Origin: Eledone cirrhosa | Lineage: Eukaryota | DNA length: 64,000 nucleotides | Assembly (NCBI GenBank): GCA_964016885.1 | Contig: OZ024747.1 | Span: 63,736,001 to 63,800,000 of the forward strand | Reading direction: 5' to 3' | Shown: positions 41,941-54,946 of the stretch, piece after piece | Numbering within the stretch: the first letter of the stretch is position 1 | How the letters are laid out: each line of letters starts with the position of its first letter | Position numbers and translations under genes: made by a program | The notes under the pieces: generated by a model | Seen by the model: the letters and a program-made list of their open reading frames with translations, nothing else | Databases searched by the model: none | Told to the model about the DNA's origin: nothing

Positions 41941-42328
41941 CTAATAAAATAGAATTGACTATCGTCTATGTATCTCATAGTTGTTCTCAAAGCTGTTTTA
42001 CTTAAAGGAAATCTATAAAAACATTTAATACATAATTCATGAGACTCTTCTAATATTAATGAATATAAGAATTACTATTTGGCAATTTCTAAATGGTTTT
42101 CTTCCTGTTACTTTATCAGAATATTAATATATATATATATAAATTAATAAAAACAATGAAATAAAAACAAAGAACAAGTTTCTTATATTAAAAAATTCAT
42201 CATTTTACGATCGTTTCTAGGATGTATATGTGTGTTGGTATGTATATCATGTAGATCTATGTAAAAATATTACAAACTATCAGAGGAAATATACATACCT
42301 TCACATATACATGCTGTCTTCAGAAATG

Positions 42329-42361
<33 letters not shown>

Positions 42362-42366
<5 letters not shown>

Positions 42367-42553
42367 AACGAGTGGGACCCCGACGGCTGAGCTCAGGTCG
42401 TTTCGACAGCTAATTAGTCCAGAATTAGCCGTCGAAACGACTTGAGCTCAGTCGTCGGGGTCCCACTCGTTCCTATTACCCACTCTACTACCCTAAGTAT
42501 TGAGTACTTTCGTGCTTATGGTCCATCTGGTTCCTTACCACTTTTCCTTCGTT
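42362..42553 (+). mobile_element. Hairpin-plus-tail element, family C
   Basis: GC-rich palindrome 42362-42476 followed by the tail tacccactctactaccctaagtattgagtacttt...ccttcgtta; (TA)n flanks. Confidence 0.8.
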
Positions 42554-42603
42554 ATATATATCATCATCATTATCATTTCATTTTACGTCCGCTTTTTCCC
42601 TGA

Positions 42604-42675
<72 letters not shown>

Positions 42676-42701
42676 CATATATATGTATGTATATATATAT
42701 A

Positions 42702-43282
42702 TCGTTTCTGAATTTGTTTAGCAAGATTCTTCATCTGAAAACGTGTGTTGAAACCGATATTGTTATACTTTGGGAGGGTCATGTTGCCTAATAAGAAACA
42801 CACGCACCAGTTGCTTTCACTCCAATTTATTATAAATAAATTTAAGAATTTATACATTTCCGGTTGGTTGGTTGGTTCCACAACCAGACGGTTGTTCATA
42901 TATTGTCAAAGTTTTTTCGTCACACATTCTGTGACCTCTTCAGTAACTGGGGATTCTTCTCTTTGTTTTGTGCCTCTCCTTTGTTCTGTCCTACGCCATC
43001 TTGTTTTTGTGTGTGTTGTGTGCTTAGTTTGCGCATGTGTTACATCCGGGTGTCTGTGTGTGTTTTTATTTGTTTATTTACATGTTACTGGTTGGTTGTT
43101 TGTTGTATGTGTGTGTGTTTTCATTTTGTCCTTAATTGTAAGTTATGATGTTGCTGTTCCATTCATGTTGTGCAACCAACCGGAAATTTATAAATTCTTA
43201 AATTTATTTATAATAAATAGGAATGAAAGCAACTGGTGCGTGTGTTTCTTATTGGCAACATGACCCTCCCAAAATATAACAA

Positions 43283-43285
<3 letters not shown>
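42702..43285. mobile_element. Fold-back element, family D variant
   Basis: Arms about 42757-42870 and 43173-43285. Shares the terminus cgtgtgtYgaaac..atattgtta.acttKgggagggtcat with the 22179 element; (TA)n flanks. Confidence 0.75.
42905..42947 (-). ncRNA. Degenerate minimal hammerhead motif (family D variant)
   Basis: Minus strand reads GUUA-CUGAAGA-G-GUCACA-GAAUG-UGUGAC-GAAA-AAAC-UU-UGAC. Core, 6-bp stem II and 4-bp stem I are present; stem III has decayed. Confidence 0.6.
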
Positions 43286-43327
<42 letters not shown>

Positions 43328-43359
43328 TTATATGTATTTATATATCTATATATATATCT

Positions 43360-43550
43360 GAAAAAATTCAGGTACCCTGGTGGCCGAGCTCCGGGTGTGT
43401 CAAAAGCTAAATCTGAAATCAGATGTGAGTTCAGATCTAGCTTATGAAATGCCAGGGCTCTGCTGTTGGGGTCCTGAATTTGTTCATATTACCCACTTTC
43501 GAGTACTCTGGTGAGTAATGGTCTAACTGGTTTTTACCGCCTCCATTCTG
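43360..43550 (+). mobile_element. Diverged family C-like hairpin-plus-tail element
   Basis: Imperfect palindrome 43360-43485 ending ggggtcc, then a tail (ttacccact..gagtact.tggtg..atggtc..ctggtt..tacc) colinear with family C. Confidence 0.6.
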
Positions 43551-43660
43551 ATATATATATATAGCTCTGATTTATCTGAATTATTGAGCCCTCTGCCACT
43601 CATGTCGGGTTTGTTTATCGTAAACTCGTGAGCTGATTTTCCGATACTCGACTATTCTAT

Positions 43661-43691
<31 letters not shown>

Positions 43692-44247
43692 GTATCAATA
43701 TCATTTTCTACATCTGTCTTTTCAAATTGGCATGGGGTGAACAGGCTGCCATGGTTTCTATCACTGAATTCCCTTTTTCAATGCCAACCACCTTACAGAT
43801 AACACTGGGTGCATTATAATGTCACTTGCATTACAAAGGCTATTACATGCTCATCGATACCAAAGGCTCTTCTCAACCCCCTTTTATCTCTGCTCAATCA
43901 CCAATACTGCAGCCACAAATTATTCACTACATCCACTTTTTGAAGGGTGGGTATTATGTATTATGTCATATTGTACTTGAGCTCGAACCTTTGTCATCTT
44001 TTTCATGGGGTTCATTTTTTTGAAGACATTCTTCACATTCTTTACGCAATGTCTTTCTCGGTGTCTCTCTTCCATAGGCTCCATCCACGTCAAACACTGG
44101 GCGTGTTTTAATACAACTCTCACTCCCTTAACCCATGTACATACAACTTCAATCATCTCTCTTGATGCTAATATATTAAATTCCACACACACACAAACAC
44201 ACGCACACACACACACACGCACACGCGCACATATATATGTATATACA

Positions 44248-44465
44248 CAGGGTGGGCCAGAATTCATGACTCGCTCGTTAGTTATATTTTTTAACATTCT
44301 TATTTTTATTGCGCATTAATTAAATGTGTAAATTTGTGTGCTTACCGTATCTTGATCATGATCTTATGCCTGTATATGGTATTATATTCCTTAACTAGTT
44401 TTATAGCATTTTGTCTTAATAGATCTATAGATTATCGAGTGAGTCATTAATTCTGGCCCACCCTG
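44248..44465. mobile_element. Tc1/mariner-type MITE
   Basis: TIRs cagggtgggccagaattcatgactcgctcg / cgagtgagtcattaattctggcccaccctg followed by TA. Confidence 0.75.
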
Positions 44466-44501
<36 letters not shown>

Positions 44502-44517
44502 TGCTGAATAAGACCCG

Positions 44518-44563
<46 letters not shown>

Positions 44564-44636
44564 CTGAATAAGACCCGTCCCACCCTTGCAAGCAGGGAAA
44601 AGCGGACGTAGAATGATGATGATGATGATGATGATG

Positions 44637-44670
<34 letters not shown>

Positions 44671-44813
44671 ATATATTGGTTTATTTTATATATTGATTTG
44701 TGTGTGATTGCAACCATTTCTGTTGCTATGTGTGTGTGTGTGAGTATTGTAAGGCCCCAAAAAGGTCAATAGGCAACAGTCAGAGACGAAGCACTGCATG
44801 GTGTATATACACA

Positions 44814-44874
<61 letters not shown>

Positions 44875-45402
44875 TGTGTGTGTAGCTTTATGTAAGGTTT
44901 CTGCAATAATGCATTAACTATACATTGTCACTATTAATAAAAGTGAGAGGGAAAGAGAATGAAAGAGAGACAAAGGTATCTTTATATAAACCACAGTAAG
45001 TCATCAGGTGAATTATTTCAATAAACCTCTCCTACTGTTGTGTATTCAGTGTGAATCTTAGTCAATTTCCTGATGATACACAACAGGTTGATATATTATA
45101 ACTATGGAGACACATACAGGACAAAAATATTAGTCAATTTCCTCATGATAGACACAAGTGAAATGAAGTATTAACATATTGCTGTGGATGCATGATGAAA
45201 TATTTCATTTATATTTAATATATATTTTTCACTCTCAATATGTTATCGTGAGACTGAAGAGAAAACACTGCTAAAATATTTATCATCATCTTTTTTTATG
45301 TCTGTTTTGCAATGCTTGCTTGAAATGGATGTTTTCTTCTTCTGACAAGATTGTCTATAGTTCAGTGCTCTTCTTAATGCCAACCAATACTTTATTTTAA
45401 GC

Positions 45403-45471
<69 letters not shown>

Positions 45472-45475
<4 letters not shown>

Positions 45476-45673
45476 GAAGGAAAAGTGGTAAGGAACCAGA
45501 TGGCCCATAATGCACCAAAGTACTCAATACTTAGGGTAGTAGAGTGGGTAATAGGAACGAGTAGGACCCCGACGGCTGAGCTCAAGTCGTTTCAATGGCT
45601 AATTAATTCTGGACTCCAGAATTAGCCGTCGAAACAGCTTGAGCTCAGCCGTCGGGGTCCTACTGGTTCCTAT
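45472..45673 (-). mobile_element. Hairpin-plus-tail element, family C
   Basis: Reverse-oriented near-identical copy of 42362-42553; palindrome 45551-45673; (TA)n flanks. Confidence 0.8.
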
Positions 45674-45683
45674 ATATATATAA

Positions 45684-45714
<31 letters not shown>

Positions 45715-45774
45715 CTCTGCTATGTATTGAGTACCTTACTTACTGTGGTTACCTCCGATTCAACCCGGAATAAC

Positions 45775-45821
<47 letters not shown>

Positions 45822-45863
45822 CTTGCCTGCAAGGGTGGGACGGGTCCTATATATATATATATA

Positions 45864-45906
<43 letters not shown>

Positions 45907-46044
45907 ATATATATATATATATATGTGTGTATATATATATATATATGTAGATATATATATATATATATATGCATATATATATATATATATATACATTTAT
46001 GTACATATTCATATATATGTATGCACACATATATATATATATAT

Positions 46045-46093
<49 letters not shown>

Positions 46094-46612
46094 TATTCTA
46101 TGTTAGGTTTAGTAGATTGGAATTTCAGAACTCTTGGGGTTCCACACAGTTAGTATTGGGTTCTGTGAACTGTTTATAATTTCAAGTACTTTTTTAATAA
46201 CATAAAAACCAACGTATTACTGGGCATCCATTCTTCTCTGAATATAAAAACTTCTCTCTATTGATAGTTATTCTCATTGTATAACCATTTGGCAGGGGAG
46301 TAGTTAGAGTGAGGAGAGGGGGTTCCATGGAAAAATGTATAACTATTGGAAAGTCAAATGTATTCAGTGTCTTTATTGCCATGCTTGGGGTGAGCAAAAA
46401 CAAACAAATTAACAAAATATACTAATTACATTATATATATAACAGTTATTTGCTCTATAAAAGTTATTTTCTATATAACATTTATTTTCTATAACTTTGA
46501 TAGGTTTCGGCCACATATAGCAACATATAACAGTTATTTTCTATATAACAGTTATTTTCTACATAAGTTATTTTCTATATTACAGTTAGTCGTATTCTCT
46601 TATGTGTTACAG

Positions 46613-46699
46613 TTTATGATTCGGAAGAAATTATCACCTATGAAGAAGTTCAATTATATCATCCAAAGCCAGAATTCCCACGACCAGTTGTTTTAGTAG
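46613..46699 (+). CDS. MPP7: MPP7-like exon C, end of HOOK and start of GK-like domain
   Basis: Acceptor gtgttacag|, donor TAG|gtaagt. 87 nt. Translates (V)YDSEEIITYEEVQLYHPKPEFPRPVVLV(G), containing the MAGUK TYEEV and RPVVLxG motifs. Confidence 0.96.
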
Positions 46700-49600
46700 G
46701 TAAGTACTTTTAATCCTTTAAGGTGAGCTGTGGCCAGCCAGACATTCACGTCCCGAGGCCCTTAGCTATATGACATTTAAAGCCCTTATTTCTGATGATT
46801 TAATGTTAAAGAATAAAAACTAAGGATAAAATAAAACATTGTTAAAAATGAGCCCCCCCCCCCCCCCCCCTCCCCCCGAGGGTATGTGGCCCTAATCTAT
46901 AGCTTATAGGTATGTCCAGCACAAAAGGTGGGCAATTCATGTTTTTATTTGTTTGGTTTGTGTTTACTGCATGCACTCACAAAATGTCATAAATATTTTT
47001 GTTGTTTTTCTTTATTTTCTTCTCTCTCTCGCTCTTTCTCTCTCTGCCTCATCTACTTTACTGTTTTTCATTTTCTTCAGGTGTCTCAGTTATGATAGAG
47101 TAGACCTATTATCATAGGCAATCTAGCCATGACTCACCTGTATTTTCAGACATAATTCATCTCAGATTACTTTATCTAATACACCCTACCTATTTTACTT
47201 AATAAAACTATAGTAAGGTGTAATTTGGGAAACATTCAGCTGCTATTTCTAACAATTTGAGTGTCCATGCAAAAGTTCTTTTGAAGAAGTATGAAGGGAA
47301 AGTAGGGAATCAGCTGCAGTGTTTGGTCAATTACAAAATAAGTCCTAACCCTCAGTGTATCAGGTTTAGTATAGATACAACACAACCTTACTTGTAAGGG
47401 ATTATTAAAAGAGCTGGCAGTAAGAAAGGCATCCAGCTGTAAAACATTGCCTCACAACGATTCCATGATAAATATGATCTAGGTGGGGACCACAAAGCTT
47501 ACTCCTGTTTTAGCGTATAAAATGGCCTCAAAAGATTTGTTGTATAATAGGTACCAACCCTACTGTGTCTGCTTTCTGTAGCATGTCACATTTATTTGTT
47601 TCAATCATTCTAGTTCCAGAGCCTCTGTAATTCTCATAAAACCATGGAGCTGCATCTGGATTAGGTTTTTTTTTTGTAGAAAACCAGTAGTCATTCATGC
47701 ATGTCAATCTCCCCCTTATCTTGTTACCAATGTTTCCCAAAGGAAAGTCAAGGGCAAATAAATCTTGTTGTCAGTCACATTGCAGGAAAACTTAGATTGT
47801 AAATGACTGAAACAAATACCACAAGGCATCATATCTGACTTTCTAACAATTCTACCAATCCATTAATCTGGGTTGGTATTTTATATATTAACCTTTGCAG
47901 TATGAAAGGTGTGGATGGACATGGCCTAGTCGTAAGGATGTTGGACTTATGATCTTAATGCTATGAGTCTCATTCCTGGGCTGGGTTGCATGTTCTTGAA
48001 CAAAACACTTCCTTTCATGTTGCTCCAGTATATTCAGCTGAAAATGAGTACCAGCAATAGCTGGAGGTTTGGTGGGGGAGTCTTGTACTCTCTGTCACTT
48101 CATGCAAACAAAAAAATCAATGACGCTTCTGGTATTGCCAACTTAGGATGACCCCAACCTCATCGAGCAAGAAGAAGAAGTATGAAAGGTAGAGTTGATC
48201 TAAGCAGGATTTGAACTCAGAGTGCAGAGAACCAGAACAAATATAGCTAATCATTTTGTCCTATATTCTAATAACTCCACAAAATCACCACTAAGCCAGA
48301 CAAGATTAGTTTGAATTAAGTACAAAGAATCTCTAAGTCATTTTATCAGGGTGGAGTCTTGGTAGATTTTGAACTCAACACACAAAGAACTATAATGTAT
48401 ACTGCAAGGCATTTTATTCAATGCTGTAAAGAATCTACCAATTGTCTGTCTTTATTGGAGCTAGAAAACGGGTTACTTCATCACATTAATTGTTGGCTGT
48501 GTTCTAGGAAATGGTGTTAGTAAAGGCATATATTGTTATAGACATCAACTTCCAATTGAAGCCAAATATGACAGCTTTTGGCAAGGTATTCCACTCAACT
48601 GACTAAACTTTATAAAAACTTTCTCTTCTCAGTAGATGTTTACTGCTGTCTGAAGTTACGTTTCAGTAACTATGTACAGAAGAGAAGGGATGTTATTGTG
48701 TTTGTTGTTGCAAATGTTCCCATATTTCATTGTATTTAAAGTCAATTTGATAGTAAACCAATTTAAAGGTTCTTTGTACTCTTGATTTAATCTAATTTTG
48801 CCTAACCAGGCAGTGAATCTTCAGAGTTGTTAGTGCATAGGACAAAATACTTTGTGGTATTTGTTCTGGTTCTCTACACTATCAGTGGGGCTATTAAGTC
48901 AGACATGGCCTGGTCCAATACTGGCCAAACCTATTAAAGTTATCAAAATTAAGTTATCATTTCAAATTCTACCATGCTTGATTTCACTTTTCATCTTTTC
49001 ACTGTTGATAAAATAAAGTACCAGTCCAGAATGGTGAACAGGTGGAATTCTTAAAGCTTTGGATGAGATTCCTTCTGGTATTCGTTTTGGGTCTTTGTGT
49101 TCTGAGTTCACATCCAACTATGGCCTATTTGGGTGGTAGATGTAATATGTTGCCTAGTTTAACACAACAACCTGACCCCGCCTTTTTTAAGGGGGGCTTT
49201 AGCAGAATCCATTCTATTGCAAGCATTCAAAGCAAGTCTCTGGTTTGAATATACCACCCTCCCTCCTTCCCATCAATCTTTAATGCCCTCGAAAAGGTTA
49301 TGGACATTATCCTATCCTCTTCTCTCAATTACAATAAATGTTTTAAGGCAATTTCTTCTACTTAGGTAGGGGTTAGTTTTGCATAACCCATGACAGGTTT
49401 CGTAATCAACATAGAACCATTTTTGAGGCAATGTTTTGTAGTGAAAATCTCTTCTTAGTGTCAACTCTTTTAGTCACCTCATACAACTTGCAGTGATACA
49501 GTGTACCTACTCAAAACTGGATAATGACTAAACAATAAAAAAAATAGTATTAAGTACATATATTATCAACCATAACATAAACAATTTTTGTTTTCTTAAA

Positions 49601-49747
49601 TGAAACTGTATAATTATCATTTTTACTCATCATCATCGTTTTAATGTCCACTTTCCTTGCTAGCAAGGATTGGACAGGTCTAATATTCCTTATTTAACAA
49701 AGATTTACTCCAACATCTGTTTATTTGTTTTGTTACTGATTTCACAG

Positions 49748-49828
49748 GTCCTCATGGCGTTGGGAGAAATGAACTGAAGAGACGTTTGATGGCGAGTAAT
49801 ACGGAGCGATTCCAAGAAGTTGTTCCAT
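49748..49828 (+). CDS. MPP7: MPP7-like exon D, degenerate P-loop of GK-like domain
   Basis: Acceptor tttcacag|G, donor CAT|gtaagg. 81 nt. Translates (G)PHGVGRNELKRRLMASNTERFQEVVP(Y). Confidence 0.96.
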
Positions 49829-50535
49829 GTAAGGAGCTGTAATGATTTTATAATAACTAATTTGTTTGTCAAGATAATCTCCAGTCTTTCGTCATGTATA
49901 CTCCAGAGATGATTTATTATGAAATAATTCATACCACTATCATTTATTACTTTCTACGCTGAGTGCTAAGTTTGGCTTACACTTAAATTAATTATTTCCT
50001 ATGTTACAAATAACTCCCACCTGGATTAATGAGCTCTTTAAATGAGTCATATAGTATATAATATTAGCCAATCAACAAGATCCCAGATCTCATTCACTTA
50101 ACGAGTGGGTTGGAGCTCATCAAATCGGACCAAGGAAACAATATTACCATTGGTCTTTCCAATTGTTTATACTATCTACGGGTCACAAATCCAAGCAGAA
50201 GGAGCAATGTGAAATAAAGTGCCTTGATCAAGGACATAAACATATCACCCAGTCCGGGATTGGAACTCACAACCTCCCGATTGTGAATCCACTTCTTTAA
50301 CCTTCCAGCCATCCGCATCAAAACACACACACACACACACACACTTATATAATTAGCACATTACAAATATACACTTGGTTAGCACTCTGAGGCAAGTTTT
50401 ACTCAATACAATTTCAAACCATATCTCATTGTGTGAGTAATTGTGAGCAAACAGGATTACAATGAATATTCCCCATAACCTTGTTCTTGTTATATATATA
50501 CATGATGATGATGATGATATATATATATATATATA

Positions 50536-50625
<90 letters not shown>

Positions 50626-50897
50626 CAATATATTAACAAATGGAAACTATATTTATAACACCATATTTATTTCATTATACATATTTCAAGGGCCACCAAG
50701 GCAGATTATGGTGCGCTTTCATCAGATAAAATATAATACAGATTAGTTTTATAAATAAATATTGACATACCCTGAAAAAATGCAACCTTACCGGTTGGAG
50801 CTTCCTGGATAGTGCTTTATATCAGTTATAAAAATATTTTACCTTGTTGTATCCCAACAAATTAAATATAACCTCTACATATATATATATATATATA

Positions 50898-51091
50898 TAA
50901 CGAAGGAAATGTGGTAAGGAACCAGATGGACCATAATGCACCAAAGTACTCAATACTTAGGGTAGTAGAATCGGTAATAGGAATGAGTAGGACCCCGACG
51001 GCTGAGCTGAAGCCATTTCGGCGGCTAATTCTGGACTCAGAATTAGCCGTCGAAACGGCTTGAGCTCAGCCATCGGGGTCCTACTCGTTCC

Positions 51092-51094
<3 letters not shown>
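50898..51094 (-). mobile_element. Hairpin-plus-tail element, family C
   Basis: Third copy; palindrome 50977-51094; (TA)n and (TATG)n flanks. Confidence 0.8.
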
Positions 51095-51123
<29 letters not shown>

Positions 51124-54077
51124 TGTATGTATGTATGTATGTATGTATGCATGCATGTTTTTAGTCCTGCAGGATGTCCAAAGTCACCCTCCTCACCAAG
51201 AAACCTTGGTGGGGTTGCCAGTTTAGTCGCCAACGACCCGACCATGAGACAGGTTGTACTGGGATACAAAACCTGTCAAAGGGCAAAGGAGCTCTTAAGA
51301 GTCAATGGCCATCCAAAATCACCGGGAGAGATGACCCCTTAGCCTTTGTCAAGGCAGAATTCTAGGAGAAGGAAAACTCTGATATAACACCTGCAACCCT
51401 GATGGTATCCATTGATGTTGACTTGTTCTTCTTTTTGGTAAATATCATCTTGGTTAAGAGAGTGGGACTGGCTTTGTGCAGTGCCTTTGCTTACTATAAA
51501 AGCTTCACAGCACAGGCATTGCTTTATATCTGGAGATCTCTCTGCACTTGTCCTCACATGGTACCATGGGCCCAGCACTATGTGTCAATAATTGTCACCA
51601 GTGTAGTGTTTGTACCAGAGTTTTCAAGTCGCTGGCTGGACTGGAGGGTCACACTCGTTCAGCACATCGGTAGGGGTTCTCCTACATGGATATAAAGTAG
51701 TGGCCATACTCGAAAACGAGTTGGCAGCCACCATGTATGTATGTATGTATGTATGTATGTAGATAAATAGATAGATAGATAGATAGCAGGCAGTGAATTG
51801 GCAGAGTCGTTAGAATGTTGGATAGAATGCTTTATGATATTTCTTCCGACTCTCTGCTCTCAGAGTCCAAATCCTGCTAAGGTTGAAAAAAACATACCAG
51901 TCTAGTACTGGGGTCAATTCTTCCTCTTTCTCATTCCCTCTCTCTCACTTTATATCTTTCCCTGGAAGAAATCTGCTGTACTCAGGCCTGGAGAGGGATG
52001 GGCTCCACCAGGCTTAAAATGGCCAAGAAACAGCGTATGTCAATACAGCTCCCCTATGACTCTAACGGGAGTTATGGGACCATACATGCATACATATATA
52101 AACTCCAAAAACGGTTGTTGTAAATTCACTAAGCTATATTTGCCATAAGGAGTGAACACTTCTGATGATTTAGTCACACTTCACTTACATCTTCACATAC
52201 ATACATTCCTGAACATATATTTACCTTGAGTGTGTAAACCTATCAATATTTATTCACTGAAATTTCATGACATGAAGTTAAATACTAAACATTGTTGGTT
52301 ATTTAAACAAATATCGTTTCCTCTTCCTAAACAAAGATTAATTTGTTGAAAGATCACGGTTAAGAGGTGTCTATAATGAATTGTGTTATAAGTGGTAATT
52401 TATCTTATTTACAGGAATTTAATATTCTTAGAACTAACTGGCTGTCTAGTCTTTATTTCTCTAAAGGCCATATAATTAGCTAGAGGTCATACATACTATT
52501 ACCATTCTACTATATCTAGCTTAAAATTTTAATCATATTTTTCTGTGAGTTTGTTGTTTTTTGTTGGTGATTTTTTTTTGTCATAATATATTTAAAGGTT
52601 TATTCACAATTGTATTAATAACATTACAAATTATTCATAATTTTTACAGAATGAAAATAAACACAAATAATATATACAATACTTAACAAATATATAAGAT
52701 TAAACTAAACGACCATGAATTGACCACCTAGTGTAACAATTGACTGCATTTCATAAGGGACAACGGAACAATTTGAAGCAAGCCAACATGCTCGCAACAT
52801 TACCATGGGTGATGGTGAATTTAAGGCGCTGTTGTTATATTCTATAGCTGACTGCTGTTTCACGGTGACAACCAAGAAATACTGTTACAATCTTGGGGTT
52901 GTTTTAAAAATAATTTTTTTTTTTTAAATTATATTCCCTATTGATTTTTATGCTAAGTTACTTTAGTTCGACTGGTTTTATTGAGAATAAAGCCCTGTGA
53001 ACATGTAAATATGTAGTAGTGATAATATTGCTAACTAATTAAAAAGGTGAAATCATAAGTGTTATAAAATATAGAATTGTATAGTGAAGAAATAGAAAAT
53101 ATGGTCATTATAAATCTGTGTAATTTATCAATTTGACTGTAATTAATTTAGTTTAACCTTAATTCTTCACATACTGTAAAGATTTAGCAGAGACTGTATA
53201 AAAGCAGCTTCGTAAATTCAAATGTTTCTAGTATTTTTTCTAGTTGAAAGATTATTGTGAAACTTTAGAGTAATACAGTCATAATTGTTTCTATTTTAGG
53301 CACAAGGCCAGCAATTACCCAGTACATTACTGGTACTTTATTTTATCGACCCCGTAAGAATGAAAGGCAAAGTTAACCTCGGCCGGATTTGAACTCAGAT
53401 CGTAAAGGGACGTAACTATGCTGGAAAGCATGTCCGACCCTCTACCGATACTGCCAATTCAAATGCTGTTATATACTTTACAACAATGCTTTGCTAATGC
53501 GGTTTCATGTGGTACAGGATGTTAAAAGTTAATATGTTAATCACATGCATACAAATATGTATCCTTGTGGTTGTATGTAATTTTCTAGACTTAGACAATC
53601 CATTTGATATGGTTAGTTCAGTATGGCTTTTTAATAGGCAAGTCACTTGGTAAAACAAAATGGTTCACTTAGTACAATATATATCTCCAACAATTTTAGG
53701 TATATTCTGTACCACCAGATGTATAACCAGGACTTCAGCTTACTTTCATAATGTTTGAGTTGAGTTACATTTGAAGATGTATATAAAATATGTTAGTAAG
53801 TGATATGGAGAGTCCAACAGTCTACTGAAGAATATTTTCACTGATGCCACCATAAAAATCACTCTGTAAAATGTTAGTACTGAAATCATGATAAAATGCT
53901 CCCAGTACATGCTGTAAAATGATTGGTATTAAGAAGTGCACCCAGCTAAAGAATCTGCTAAAATGGAGTATAAGAGCAAAAGGTGGTTACCTCATTAGTC
54001 TAGCATCAAATGTGACAATCAGTCTAACCTACACAAGCATAGAAAATAGATAGCAAACAGTGGTGATGATGATGGTG

Positions 54078-54110
<33 letters not shown>

Positions 54111-54112
<2 letters not shown>

Positions 54113-54527
54113 TAGATATTGGTGCAATTCAATTCAAGCACTCAACGTCATGTTACTTCTTCAAAATAAGAATGACGAAGTATAATTAGAATGAGAAAAA
54201 TGTGAAGTTGTAGATGTTAAGGAGCCCATTATTAATAAAACTGTTGTACATATTTCAATGATGATCATGGTCACTTGATTATTTAACCATTATTGTGATT
54301 TCAGTAGCCAGCAAAATTGAGTAAAAGGTTACATTTCTGAGATAATCTTGGGTGTTTTTGCTGGGGCTGCCCACTACCTTGCACCCAAGATTTTCTCAGA
54401 AACATAATCTTTTACTTAATTTTGCTGTCTGATGAAATCACAATACTGTGATTGTCATTGAGATATGTATCACATCCTTATTAATAAAGAACTCTTTAAC
54501 ATCTACAACTTCACATTTTCCTCATTC
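54111..54527. mobile_element. Old fold-back element with decayed hammerhead-like motif
   Basis: Diverged arms about 54189-54354 and 54382-54527, tail 54111-54188, (TA)n both sides. CTGATGA at 54429 is followed by an AATCACA/TGTGATT stem. Confidence 0.6.
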
Positions 54528-54624
54528 GATATATATATATAATATATATAAAATATATATTTATATATATAATATATGTATATACACATATGTATGCATC
54601 ATGCTTATATATATGTAGATATAT

Positions 54625-54946
54625 GGAGGCACATGGCTTAGTGGTTAGAGCATTGGCTTTGCAATCGAAAGGTTGTGAGTTCAATTCTCAAACCGAGTGA
54701 TGTGTTGTTTCCTTGAGCAAGACACTTTATTTCACGTTGCTCCAGTTTACTCAACTATAGAAATGAGATTATAGGGACTGGGATCCCTATCATTCGTGGA
54801 GGTGCCACGGCAAAAAAGCACCCAGCACTCACTGTAAATGAGGTTGGTGTTAGGAAGGGCATCCAGCTGTAGAAATCAAGCCAGAATCAGTTCCCGTCCC
54901 ACCCTTGCAAGCAGGGAAAAGTGGACGTAAAATGAAATGATGATGA
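54625..54946 (+). mobile_element. tRNA-derived SINE family 1, full length
   Basis: Near-identical to 15324-15660; (TGA)n tail. Confidence 0.85.

Noticed and set aside
45058-45165. Tandem ttagtcaatttcct(g/c)atgata repeat containing CTGATGA
   Set aside because: The copy with CTGATGA lacks GAAA and the copy with GAAA lacks the core; stems cannot be assigned.
49748-49780. Active guanylate kinase
   Set aside because: The P-loop is GPHGVGRN rather than GxxGxGKS, and Pro precedes YTTR, which is the normal catalytically inactive MAGUK GK state; not novel.
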